63,391 nucleotides of DNA, filler included, from Choristocarpus tenellus KU-1152 (GCA_964200185.2; 13 parts of 13 records of this genome joined end to end with filler, not necessarily neighbours in it); one strand, 5' to 3'; shown: positions 1-11,899, numbered from the whole stretch's first letter. The notes: a model not told the origin generated them from the sequence alone. Made by a program: numbers and translations.

Positions 1-24
1 CGTCTGTTTCGGTCAAACAACTCT

Positions 25-119
25 TTTTTTGCTGGCATTTCAAATCCGACACGTGCGACCAAATCACACGACAAAAAGTGACCAGTCGCACGTGTCGGAT
101 TTGAGATGTCAGCAAAAAA
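25..119 (+). repeat. 35-bp inverted repeat / hairpin (arms 25-59 and 85-119, 25-nt loop)
   Basis: ttttttgctggcatttcaaatccgacacgtgcgac pairs with gtcgcacgtgtcggatttgagatgtcagcaaaaaa. The only two mismatches are G-U compatible on the + strand. Confidence 0.85.
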
Positions 120-596
120 TGACTGTTGGTTAGGTTCGTTTCTGTCCTTGCGTAGTAGGTATAACACGGGGATCTATGATGTCATTTGATAATCGGGTTT
201 TGATTGGGGGACGAGTTTGTACGTTTGCATGTGTCAGATGTCGACTATGTTGGAAAAGGTCTATTGTTTTTTTTGTGTGTTGGTTGCTCAGTTATATGCT
301 GAAGAAGAATAGGTGTACTTGGGAGGCTGTTCCTTTTTTTTGTGTATGACTGGGGGATTTTGTTAGCACCCAAAGAGGGTTGCCAGTTAGGGTTTTAGGT
401 TTGGCCGTTGTTTACGAGGAATTACAAAAAATGATTTTGTCTGCTTCGGGGTTGCTCTGTTCGTTAGTTTGTTTGCATTGGTTGTTTATGAAAGGATTAC
501 ATAGAGGATTGTTTGGGTGTGTTCTCTCCACGTGGGCACGACGAACCAAAACATATGGATATAAAGTGTTCGAGAGGATTAAAAAAATGTCCAAAT

Positions 597-854
597 GAGC
601 CAAAGTATCTTAGAGGGTAGAGTTGCGTCCATTTGGGGGCCAAAATTCAATGTTTTGATTTTGATGTAATTTTGTTTATCGTGTTTGTCAGGAAGTGTCA
701 ATACCCTTGTTCTAGACACAGCTTTTGATAACGTACGCATTTTACCTAATCCAAACTATTTGGAGTAGGAAAATGTAATAAAAAACCCCGAGGGAAGCCA
801 AGCCCCAAATGGACAAACAGGGCAAAACGCGTACCCTCTAAGATACTTTCAATC
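597..854 (+). mobile_element. MITE family A, full copy (~258 bp)
   Basis: Terminal inverted repeats gagccaaagtatcttagagggta ... taccctctaagatactttcaatc; interior shared with the other copies in the window. Confidence 0.9.
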
Positions 855-855
855 A

Positions 856-1086
856 CATGGGGACCAAAAACACAATTTTTATTTTATTTTGGTGTATTTT
901 TGGCTGTCGTGTATATTTTAGCAAGTGTCAGTATCGTTCTTCTGGACGCACCTTTTTCATAACGTATGTATGTTCGTAGTTAAGAGAAAGTTTCGGAGTA
1001 GGTAAATGTCATAAGAAAGGCGTTGGATGTCAAGCACTAAAGGGACAAGCAGGGCAAAATTCGTGCTTTTTAAGACACCTTCACAC
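856..1086 (+). mobile_element. MITE family A, degenerate 5'-truncated copy directly after the first
   Basis: Aligns by eye to the family A interior (aagtgtca, ttttcataacgta, cggagtagg, cagggcaaaa) and to a decayed right TIR. Confidence 0.7.
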
Positions 1087-1878
1087 CCTGTTTGTTTGAC
1101 CGTTTAAGTCTATGACTTCTATTTGTTTGTGTGTGTGTGTGTTGGATGTTGTATGCAGTAAGACATAGTTGTTGTCGCTGACGGTGTTAGGGTTGAAGCT
1201 GTTGGTACGAGGCACAGCAAAAGGTGTCGACGGAATACTTAGTGTGTACGAGTGGTTATTGGTCAAATAATGGTTTATCGTACGTTCTGAGGAAAGTAGT
1301 TTGAGGTACACTTCTTCCACAGGTTCTGGGCTGGTGCTTTGGTTAGGGCATTGTGGGTGAATTTAGGCATATGATCCCCTACGATTGGAATAACTACACT
1401 TGATCGAAACTAGTTCGTCGACAGTTGGGCGAAGAAAGAGGTGGTGCACACAGTATTGAAAATAATAGGGGGAGGGTGCGTGATCATGTACAACGAATAA
1501 ACAAGGGTTCACAGAAGGAAATGGTATTCATCGCTGCCCTTGGCGAAAATCATTTGGGAAGGCTAGCCGGGCGGATGGAGAAGAATTGTTTGATCGGTGT
1601 ATTATATTTTAGGGATGTAACATTGCAGCAGACATGCTTTTTAAAACAATGATAAGACAGGTCTGGTCCTCATCGTGAGTATGATATATGATACGCTAAC
1701 GACTCTGACCGGTCGCTGCTAAGTATATTTTGCTCCACTATCAAAATGCATAACTTGTGGGATGCAAAGTGCATGAACATCAAACTCTAACGCCATGGAA
1801 AGATATACACCTGCATTACTCTGCACAATCTGCAATTCTATACCCGTACTTGAACAGAAAACCAGAATGACAAAAGCC

Positions 1879-3101
1879 CTATTCCAATTGCTGGGCGGAC
1901 TCGAAATTGCATTCGTCACCCTTGTCCCACCACTCTGTGAGCTTAGGGTATGCCTCGACAAGAAGGTGCCATAGATTTAGGCGCGTGGAGTACCTGGCAT
2001 TCCAAGGCTCGGGCTTTACGAGGCTCAAGAAGATAGCCTTCTTCGTCTGGAGCGCTTTCACATGCTCGGGGTGCAACATATTGCCTGCCCTCCCTCCACG
2101 ATCGCCGATTTTCACCTGCGTGGGCCCATGTACGTAGCACTCGTCCCCGAAAAGAAGAGAATTGGCCCCTTTACCGGCCTTCGCGAGCCTGAACCCGTGA
2201 TCGTAAATGACTTGGTTTCGGATTTGCGTCTGCACTCTTTATTGTGTAGAAGCAGGTTTCGTTGGAGATCGTAGGAGCTTGGTGACGCACGCCTCCATGA
2301 AGGATTCAGTGATCCCCACATCGGACGAATTGCCGGAGTCAGCCGTGTCATGTGTGACGCAATCCTCCTCACCACGAGATGAGCTTTCGTCATCATCGTC
2401 GTCCGTCGATGTGAGTGAACATGGAGGTACCGTGCATCTACCCATTTTGGCAGAAGCGAAGACGTCGTTGAGGAAGTCAGGTTCTAATGCGCTGCCATCA
2501 GGATCAACAGGTTGTTTCAAACGTTTCGTCTGTCCAGCATCCTCTCTCGCCCTCTCTTTCCTAATTACTGTCCTAGAAACGCGGACTTCGCCCTCCCCGG
2601 AAGGCTTGCCCCTCTGGGTTGTGGAACTCTCACTGTTCTCACTTGGCCTCACACCACGGTCGTACATGTTCCAAGGCTCCTTTGCATCATCGTCGCCGCT
2701 GCCCACCGAATGGGCGTTTGGAGACATCCCTGTGTCACTCCGGACAGTCGTAGTCTCCAAGTCCTTGCCTCGCGACCCCCTCACGTCCTCCACAGGAAGT
2801 TCCTCTGGACATGTGAAAGAGGACCTGTCGACTCCGTCCCCCTCGTTTTCGGAATCTTCTCTGACCCTCATTTTCCTAATCAGGATCCTTTTTCGCTTCC
2901 CTTTCTCCTTCTTGGAACGATTCTTCGTGGGGGTTTTGTTATAATCAATATGTACGCACTTATCACTTGGCCTCATATTGTGGTTGTAAACGTTTACCCT
3001 CTCTTGTGAGTCAGTTGCGCCGATGTCCACCGAATGGGCGTTTGGAGACATCGCTGTGTCACTCCCGACAGGCGTAGACCCCGTGTCCTTGCCTCGCGAC
3101 C
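1879..3101 (-). pseudogene. Unassigned ORF (5' end cut by contig end) with a 108-aa internal repeat and an in-frame TAA
   Basis: ORFs 2239..3051 and 1879..2235 are in the same frame, separated by one TAA (STQ*RVQTQIRNQ). Sequence at 2703 recurs at 3027 (324 bp, 108 codons): GSRGKD..SDT.MSPNAHSV. No family recognised. Confidence 0.45.
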
Positions 3102-3201
3102 NNNNNNNNNNNNNNNNNNNNNNNNNNNNNNNNNNNNNNNNNNNNTTAATTAATTAANNNNNNNNNNNNNNNNNNNNNNNNNNNNNNNNNNNNNNNNNNN
3201 N
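3102..3201. other. Artificial contig spacer (44 N + TTAATTAATTAA + 44 N)
   Basis: The same 100-bp spacer recurs at 5936-6035, 10372-10471, 13519-13618, 17036-17135, 21236-21335, 26064-26163, 31129-31228, 43802-43901, 52409-52508, 55923-56022 and 60280-60379. The 12-mer has stops in all six frames. A separate 10-N gap lies at 51255-51264. Confidence 0.97.
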
Positions 3202-3669
3202 CTAACCCCCTTGGTGTAGTCCCTATGGGGGCTAGCAGGTTCCTCTTGGCCATGGGCAGGTGGGAGCTCCTGGGCAGGGGCAGCATCAATGTCAGTTCGC
3301 CCCTTTGAGATAATTGTCATTCACAGCACGGTAATGCTTCTTGATCAAATCAATGCCTATGATGTAACTATGGAGTGTATGACCAGCTTGCAGATTTTCG
3401 CTGTGTTCCTTGAAACCATTTCAAGTGTGCTTGGTGTGTCCCATTGATGATAGAGCGAATATGATCAACCCGGTGCATGATGCATTCAAGAGAGGGAATA
3501 TTTTGATAGCTTTTGGATTCCAATGGATATTTATACTGCACACTATACTATATACGGATCAATCTTGCAAAGCTTCAGTACAAAGTCATCTGTGTCGGTT
3601 CCATTTTTTCTATCCTATCCCCAAGATGGGGAGCATAAGTCATCCCCCGCTCCCTGATCCATGGAGCAG

Positions 3670-3777
3670 GTGTGGGTGCTGCTGAAGGAGGAACTGATAA
3701 GCACACTCAGGGATAACCATGACTACGCCATGACTGTCCTTACTTCTCTAGCAAAACGTTTAAGGACACAATCCAAG
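3670..3777 (+). CDS. Internal exon: C-terminal part of a cyclic-nucleotide-binding (CAP/cNMP) domain
   Basis: cag|GTG...AAG|gtatga, 108 bp, phase 0/0. VWVLLKEELISTLRDNHDYAMTVLTSLAKRLRTQSK resembles the last beta strand and B/C helices of cNMP domains. Confidence 0.65.
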
Positions 3778-3970
3778 GTATGATTTGACATGCATTCTCC
3801 TGCCAGTAACTGAATTCTGTGCATGTCCAACTTCTTGCAGACTATTCGGTGGAATCGTTTGCTTTCATACCAGGAATCTAGTTTTCATTTTTGTGGTATG
3901 TATTTCCTGATATCCACTTCGCCTGCGAAATACTACCAACACCTTTTCTATTATCGTCGGAACCACCGGT

Positions 3971-3990
3971 CTAACCCTAACCCTAACCCT
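3971..3990 (+). repeat. Short interstitial telomere-type (CCCTAA)n tract
   Basis: ctaaccctaaccctaaccct; similar degenerate tracts near 21887-21898, 51916-51945, 53185-53203 and 61615-61668. Confidence 0.6.
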
Positions 3991-4778
3991 TGTATGTATA
4001 TTCAGTGGTATAGTATTCAAATATTAAATTGGGCTTGAGAGAAGGGTCATAGCGACACAGACCTGTGCAATGCAACTCAACAAGCTGAAAGGGAGGTTGA
4101 GGTGTTGCTACAAAAAAACATACTTGGGTGTGGGGATGGGAAGGTCCAAGTGATGTATTGAGTCCTGTTAAGATATATGAGTTCCTTCCGTTACAGCAGT
4201 TTGACGGCAGGGGACGCAGAACTTACGGGGGGAAGTGTTGTGTTGTTCTCAACTCATTTGTGCAAGAATTGTCCATCAATGATGTACTGGTGTACACAAT
4301 AGAGGGTGTCATTTGAACTGGCTCTCTCCTTGAGCTTACTTAATTTGTGCAATTGTGCAGGCAAGGTATCTGGGATGGATGACAGGGCAAAAAAAAAAAA
4401 AAAATGTAGTCATCATCTAGTCCTGCAGATTTTTTTTTGGGTCTTCTGAGTGTGCACACTTTGGTAGCAATTAGGTGCATTAATGTACAACTTTCTTTTC
4501 ATCTCCTATGTATGACGATTCAATTAAGGCACAGGAGATTGATCTAGTATCAAATTATCTTCTCTTTTTTTTTGTTAAGGGCTCTTGCTTGCCGTCTGCA
4601 TGGGAATCGCCTCCTACCAAACTTACAGCAAACATCGCATCCATCATTAACCCACCCCTTAGGTCCAGCCAGGACGGCTCATCAGAGGTGACCCTTTTTC
4701 AATCTGTTAAAACAACATTTACATCTTAACGGCAATGAGAGGACACCCTTTTTTCATTCAATGCTTGTTAGTTGTAAC

Positions 4779-5480
4779 CAGGGCCTTGCACCAGGCAGGT
4801 TTTGCCCGTCCCAATCCCCTTGAAAAAATACCACCTGGGCTGGCACACAGAACCTTTTTTTTACCAGGCCAGTCCTAGTAAAGGATTAAACCTTCACTGA
4901 GCTGCAAGCCAGGCTAAATTCTGATTTCTGTTTTCTGTTCATCCATGAGATATATGTACATCTATTCTATTGCCTCTGACATGCTCGAGAAGATTTCAGG
5001 AATGATCCCTACCGACCTTGAATAATCAATTATCTAATTACTGCTATGGCGTAGAATTACTTTGTCTCTTAACCGGAGGTCAAGCGATATTTTCTTCTTT
5101 TTTTTACTACAGTAAATATTAATAATTACTAACACATGTTTTGCAGAAAATTCGTCACAGCAGTAGGACTCCAATGGTGTGAATATCCATTAAGGCTTTA
5201 CGTCAAGCATCGTATGAGAAAAAAATAAAAAATAAAAAATAAAAAATAAACATTGACCTGCTGCTTAGTGCACCATTTTCTCCTCTTGTTTCAGTGCATG
5301 AAATTCATTTGAAAAAATGAGAAGGAATCCCGCCTGATCAAGCTCTTTGATGTAAATGCGTTATTTTGGTACAGCACTAAGTTGTTCACATTTTACGTTT
5401 TAGACATGCGTAAAATGCGTATGTATGTGGCGTCCCGGGTTAGTCCCGTCACAACTCAGTGGTACAGTGTTAAAGCCCTG
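4779..5480. mobile_element. Non-autonomous hAT-type DNA transposon (702 bp) in an intron
   Basis: Termini CAGGGCCTT... and ...AAAGCCCTG, flanked by a perfect 8-bp TSD GTTGTAAC (4771-4778 and 5481-5488). CAGGG ends with an 8-bp TSD are hAT hallmarks. No ORF. Confidence 0.85.
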
Positions 5481-5594
5481 GTTGTAACCATGAAACAATA
5501 GACCTACCAATGTGCCATTATGTTGCATTGATAATTATTACGTTTTGTTTTCTCAGTTAACCAACCGTTACAAAAATAGTGATACGCCTGATAG

Positions 5595-5726
5595 GTGATG
5601 CGGATGGTGAGTGCAAGTGCTGGTACCTCCAGAGGGAACAGTTTTGAAGGGGTCAAGGTGATGTGCTATGACTCCTCATCTTGGGTCAGGGAGAATTTTG
5701 CTAAGAAGGTGGTTGAGTACAACAAG
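5595..5726 (+). CDS. Internal exon: linker plus probable start of a D-lactate/D-2-hydroxyacid dehydrogenase domain (same gene as 3670-3777)
   Basis: tag|GTG...AAG|gtgaga, 132 bp, phase 0/0. VMRMVSASAGTSRGNSFEGVKVMCYDSSSWVRENFAKKVVEYNK; KVMCYDSSSWVRENF resembles the D-LDH N-terminus (KIAxFSTKxYDRxxF type). The family call is from memory only. Confidence 0.55.
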
Positions 5727-5864
5727 GTGAGAAGGGTGTTTGTGTGTGTGTGGTTTCTGGTAGCTATGTGACAGAGGTGGAGGGTTATGGTATACTCTTC
5801 AATCGAAGTTGATGCCCCCACTGTGTGTGAGTGTCCCTCTTTCTCCACTTCCATTCATTTCTCT

Positions 5865-5902
<38 letters not shown>

Positions 5903-6336
5903 CTTCCGTAGGTTGGATTGGTGAGTGGGATTTTTNNNNNNNNNNNNNNNNNNNNNNNNNNNNNNNNNNNNNNNNNNNNTTAATTAATTAANNNNNNNNN
6001 NNNNNNNNNNNNNNNNNNNNNNNNNNNNNNNNNNNCTGTACCAGGACAATTTTGGGTCAAACCCATCCTCCATATTATGCTCCATCCTCAATTTTGCTGA
6101 GAGGCTGTTATATGAAGGAAGGCGTATGAACGAATTTATGTAAGAAATAAATACATATACCAAAGCATCTCATGAATAAATCCAAATGTATAGAAATAGA
6201 AATCCCGAAGTATATCATTAATTATTGTATAACTAAACTCTACAAGGAGGGGAGAAGGAAATGTTGTGAAAGAACAACATAGGGAAAGAACAAACAGCAC
6301 TTGAAAATATATTAACAAAAAAGACACGCGCGCGCG

Positions 6337-6339
<3 letters not shown>

Positions 6340-6394
<55 letters not shown>
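6340..6394. repeat. (AC)n microsatellite preceded by (CG)n
   Basis: Direct reading of the sequence. Confidence 0.95.
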
Positions 6395-6398
<4 letters not shown>

Positions 6399-9300
6399 TA
6401 ACACCATGAAGAAAATAATACCAACGATAACATCTCAAGACAGGAAATGTATGATGAATATCTTTGCAGCACTATATTTCTACTACTTGACTACTTCTCT
6501 TCTAGGCACCAGGCAACAAGGGTTTTATCCATAAAAAGCATGTACGTATAACAAGGGAGAATCCAACCTGAGTTGTATCCGTTCTGAGCAACATAAGATG
6601 CACAACGTATCACTTATTTCAATCGACAAACATCGACAACACAAACAAAGGATAACGCCTGGCAGTGATGCACAAATGTATGTTGAGAAGGGAGGGGTAA
6701 GGGATAGAAAGAGAGTAACACCTGAAGAAGGGACAAATAAATATAAAGATAGAACAATTCTAGAGGCTGATACCTACCGGAATACTTCATTCTGAAACAT
6801 GAATAGCATGATGAAGTAGCAAAATAGCCCCCATACAACATAATTACCACTGAGGTTTTTTAACACGTTATAGATACACACACATAAAGCCATTGCATAT
6901 TGCCCTTGTTTTGGTGCTACCATCTAAAAAGAAAATGTGCAAAAGGGACAGAAGAAGGTTAAAATAGAATTCAAATGGATCACTAGAGTTACTCGCAAAC
7001 AACATTACCAATCGCTTCTCCTGGTACCCTAAAAATAAATATGTAAGCAGTGTGATTATGGGGTGACTCCCAATAATATAATATATCTGCTATCGACAAT
7101 GAGCCATCATTTGGTCATCATTCATAGAGCAGCATCACTCACGGTTGTAGCTCCCCCACCGAAATAGTTACACATGCTATAAGTTGTATTTTCTACTCTT
7201 ACCAGAAAACCCCTCGAAAGAAGACAGTGTTACTGTCTTACAAAAATGCTACTGAGGTAGTAGTAATAGTACTGAACCATGGGGTGCATCAGTCGTCCAT
7301 TGGGAGTCTGTATGACCCTGTAGTATTTCCATGTCATATGAGCAAATGTGTCAGATATAAGGGCAATCTTCCTCATCTGAACGCGCCTTCCTTTTCCATT
7401 TCCTTTCCTCGACCAAGTTCGAAGGAATATCATTTGCAAAACGGGCATCACACTGAGAGTCAAAGTAAGCAAAAGGTACCCAGAGTTGCATTCTAAGGAT
7501 GACGGCGAATATGTGCAGAATTCGACATTTTTACAAATGCGTATAGGATATTTTCCGAAGTAAGTCGAAATGTTTCAAACAATAGGGAAATAAACCCTCT
7601 CAATTCAAACTTCAAACTCTGACTCGGAGGTATCTTACAACCCCTCAACGAGCCCCGAATGTACAACCTGGGCTAAACATCCCACCCTCTAGGATATTTT
7701 GACCCGCTACTTATCTCTAGTATTCATCTTCACCATCGCCATCCTGCTCATCACTATCGTGGTGTCACCATGTGTCATCGCCATCCTCCGCCTCCCCCTC
7801 CTGAACGTGCAGAAAATAGGTTACCTCCTCCTCCTTGTGCTTTCTAATTCAGGAATTCTACACTCCCATAAGCACACGATCAGAATCGACTTCTCCTTCC
7901 CTTTGAGTTTCTTTCGTGTGGCGACTATCGAACTCTTTCTCCGTGCCCACATTGAAGTCCTCCTTTTCGCAATACTCTAGAGTAGTAGTCTATTTTTCTT
8001 TCCATTTTCTACCTCGTGTCTTCAATTACATTATCTGGCCAAGAGCTCTTACTACGTAGCTCATAGTATTCAATATTCTTGGCGTTCAACTTAGCCTTGT
8101 CCAGGCCCAGAATACGACCCCAATAGTATACCGTCAACTCCACAATGCCATCCCCCTCATCACAAAACTGTTTGCCTTGCCCATGAGGAAAGGGCAAACT
8201 CTACTCGAGAGGAACACAAATCCCCCAGCTTATAGTTGATGACTACTTCTTCATGATCAGCATCGTCATGATCATTGTCAAAAGTATTCCTGCACGAGTC
8301 ACACAAAGATCCTGAATAATTGCGGATGTTTCTTTGTCGTTGTTGTTATCATTAAAAATTCGACTCCATCACCATCATGTTGGTCGCCACAGGCTAGAAG
8401 ATTGCCATCATGTTCCCATCCATGTCGTTGAATATAGGGTCCTGTACCCCTTTCTTCCACTGGTACAGGGCCATGTCGCACGTTTAGCCTTCAGACTCTC
8501 CAAGGAGTCTGCCCACCTCTTCCTGCTTAGCAATCATGTGCTCCAGTGGTGCATTTTCTAAGGAGGATAGATGGGGACAATTTGTTCTAATTTGACTAAG
8601 TTGGTCACAGGAAGAAGAGCAACAACAGATCAGCGAGTGGTGGTAAAGTGGTAACAGTAGCTTTGCGTCTGTGGCAATGTTGAATTTTTTCACCGTATAG
8701 CCGCAACAGATATACAACAATATATATATATAAAACGAAAGGGTATGGCGAGAGCTTCTGAAGGTTTGCATCCACGAATGTCTAGGCTTTGGGGAATGGG
8801 AGCTATGTCCCGATCGAATAATGGAAAAAACGCGGGGAGTATCTCCTGCGCAATTTTGAAGGTCACGATTTCAAAACGGACAAAAATGAAGTGGTTGGAT
8901 GAACTCCTTGCAAAAAACTGATCTGGTGAAGGTCCCTGACCAAGTTTGGTTGGTGCAGCGACACCGAAAAAGTCCCCAAGATTTTCGGATATCTTTTTAA
9001 CGCCTTTTGCAGACTTTCTGTGAGTACACACACACTTGACTTACACAGCAACATGAACCGCGACGGAGAGACAAGGAAAGACGCCGAGGCCACTCTACCC
9101 TCTGGATCTACCCTCGGCACCTTCTCTGTCGAGAGGGGCCGGAAAAACTTGTACCATGTGAAACTCAGTGCGGTGTTAGGTGACGAGATAGTGCGAGTAG
9201 TGTGGCATAGCAGAATGATTGAATCGCGAAATGGACCACGCGGTCGCAACACTGACACTGAGAGATGATGCATTGAACGCATTACCACACAAATGTGGTT

Positions 9301-11899
9301 GGATCTTCAGCCATGTCAGAGCACTGCTCTGAAGTCTCTGCCGCCTCAGGAAAGCAGGAAGAGAGCAGCGAGTCCATCACCAGGTGTGGTACAGTGATGG
9401 AATCTGTGGGGAAGCCTGGTCACGGTGGGCGAAGGGAGAACCAGAGTGACCGGCTGAAGGGAAGGTTGGGGAGAAGAGCAGTGCGACTACGTGCTATTGC
9501 ACTCAGGAAATGCCTAAGCGAAATCCCGGGTGTAGAATATCTTAGTAGTCGACAGTTGCAGCAGGTCCTGGCTGTTTGGAAGCTGTGCGAGCCGGAGTGA
9601 CTTAAGGAGACGAGAAAGAAGGTGTTAGGGTTGGGCTACAAGGGCTCGGAATCCCGAAAGAAGGTAACCCATTTCTGGCGCTCAACAAGGAAATGTGATA
9701 GTAAAGGCTTTAACACTGCGAATCCTGTACCTGTGTGTGAACGATGGGAAAGACTATCAAACAGCGCTCGAGATGGCAGCAGGATATGCAATGGTCACGT
9801 CGGAAACTGTGAGTAAGTAGGAGAGAGACTTCCTAACTAAGAGCCACATCAAGGTGTCGGAGCAAGGGCACGACGAGAGGAGTTTCATTCTGGGCCTCGA
9901 CGAGGACATCCTTGTGGAGGTCAAAGAGAGGGTACATCAATACACAGGAAGAAAGGGTGGGGAAGCTTTTTTCCTGTCTAAACCCTATACTTTAACCAAG
10001 TAATAGTGCATCTGTTGCCACTCTTGGTGAACTAAATCCAGGATTCGAACCCCACTATGAGTGGTCTTTCTTCAAAAAATGAAAACAATGGCGAAGAAAA
10101 CAAAGCCCGTACTTTGGAGGGCATTGTAACGGGCATCACGAATATGCTTTTATTTTTTAAATCCGATGCCTACATCAAACGTTATGAAGGGACAATCCCG
10201 ACACATAAGCTATCGGTACCACTAACAGCCTCTCGGCAAAATTGAGGATGGAGCTTTTATGGAGGATGAGTTTAACCCAAAATGGTGCGCGGAAATGCCC
10301 GTATGTTTTTTTTGTAAATGTTGCGGCACTTTTGAAGGGCCCCGCTACGAATGGGAATCCATCCCAAAGGTNNNNNNNNNNNNNNNNNNNNNNNNNNNNN
10401 NNNNNNNNNNNNNNNTTAATTAATTAANNNNNNNNNNNNNNNNNNNNNNNNNNNNNNNNNNNNNNNNNNNNGCATGGCTTCCACTTTATTCCCCTACCAG
10501 CAATGTACTGTACTGCTGTGTGGTCATGTCTCAGGAAGAAAGGGACTTTTCGCGAGAAATGTTTACGCGCGCGCCAAACTCGCGTGAATATCTCCCCGAG
10601 TTTGTGCCAAGTGACCCGAATTCGAGAATTCCGGTAGAAAAGCCTATTTTTTGAGCATGTCGAAAAAGTGGTACAAAATGTATTTGGTACATAATATTTG
10701 GCATAAAATCGGGGTAGGTACTGTGTACAAACTCCTCCAAACTTACAACAAAGCAAACGAAATGGTGGAAGAAAAAGAAGAAAGAGATGAGAGGAGAATG
10801 TCGTGAGGCAGGGTCCAATCAGTCGTGGGGGGTATTCAGAATCACCAGTTGTGTCATGGTGGGGTGCTACCCAGCAAATCCAAAGCTCCCTCGGTTATCA
10901 AATCTTAGGAAACGTTTTGATGGGACCTCAGGTCCGATGGATGATATCAAATCTTTGTGAATGTTCGAACCGAAAGTGGTCTGAGGGTCCTCAACGTTTC
11001 TGTGTTTGATATTGGCGGGAAAGTCACCAATGACAAAAAAATGTGCGCGCAATGCACTTGTGTGTGTGCGCGCGGATGTGTACTTGGACTGAGATCAGCT
11101 CCCAAAGGGACCTGTCCGTCACAAGAAGAAAAAATATGAAAAGGAATAGAACCAAAGAGGAAGACAGGGTAACCCCAAAAAAGGAAAACAGAAGAGAAGA
11201 AAATGAACAAACAACGATTTTGGAGAGAGCCCACTAAGAAACCAGCATTCAATGGAGAGTAACGATAGTGGTGGTGGTGACTTGGGCGACCTTACCCGCT
11301 GCTTTGGTATGATGTACCGATAGCTATCAAAGTTTCCTTGAAATCTTATGCAGTCATGAACATTATTGCGCTGTTAGCCATGCACTAAAACCACTTCTGT
11401 TGGTTAGTGACTCCTCTTCTTGTGCTCGAACCTTCTCAACTCCAATCTCAAACATGTAAGGTTGTCTCAGAGATATGTCTATCAGTTCCGTACCTGTCCA
11501 CCTTGCTTCCATTTTCTATTGGTAAGCTCCTCAGATGCAAAACACTTATCTTGAGAAGTTGGTCATCACCAATGTGAGCAACTGGCCCAGGAAATAGAGG
11601 AGGCTCCCCTTCCGAACCGTTCGTTGCCTCAATGCTCCCACACCCGGTCTTTGTAAGAGCGTCTTTACAGGATAGGAAAAGATCGGTGGTGTGTTCCAGT
11701 TTGCGGAAACCTTTGCAGCGGATGACGAAGTTATTGTCATGACCTTATCTCGATCGATGAGTATATCTGGGGAACGTGTAAGTTGAACTACCAAACTCCC
11801 TTCTATTCTGTGTCATTGTGTCAAACAATAAACAAACACGAAAGGTGTTGGATTACCACACCTCAAATCGAGGACTAGGATCTTACCAGCGAAAGGACA

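Noticed and set aside
2207-2944. 245-aa + strand ORF
   Set aside because: Antisense shadow of the - strand repeat-containing ORF; Ser/Leu-rich with no motifs.
3146-3157. Recurring TTAATTAATTAA as a biological motif
   Set aside because: Always centred in exactly 44+44 Ns; an assembly linker.
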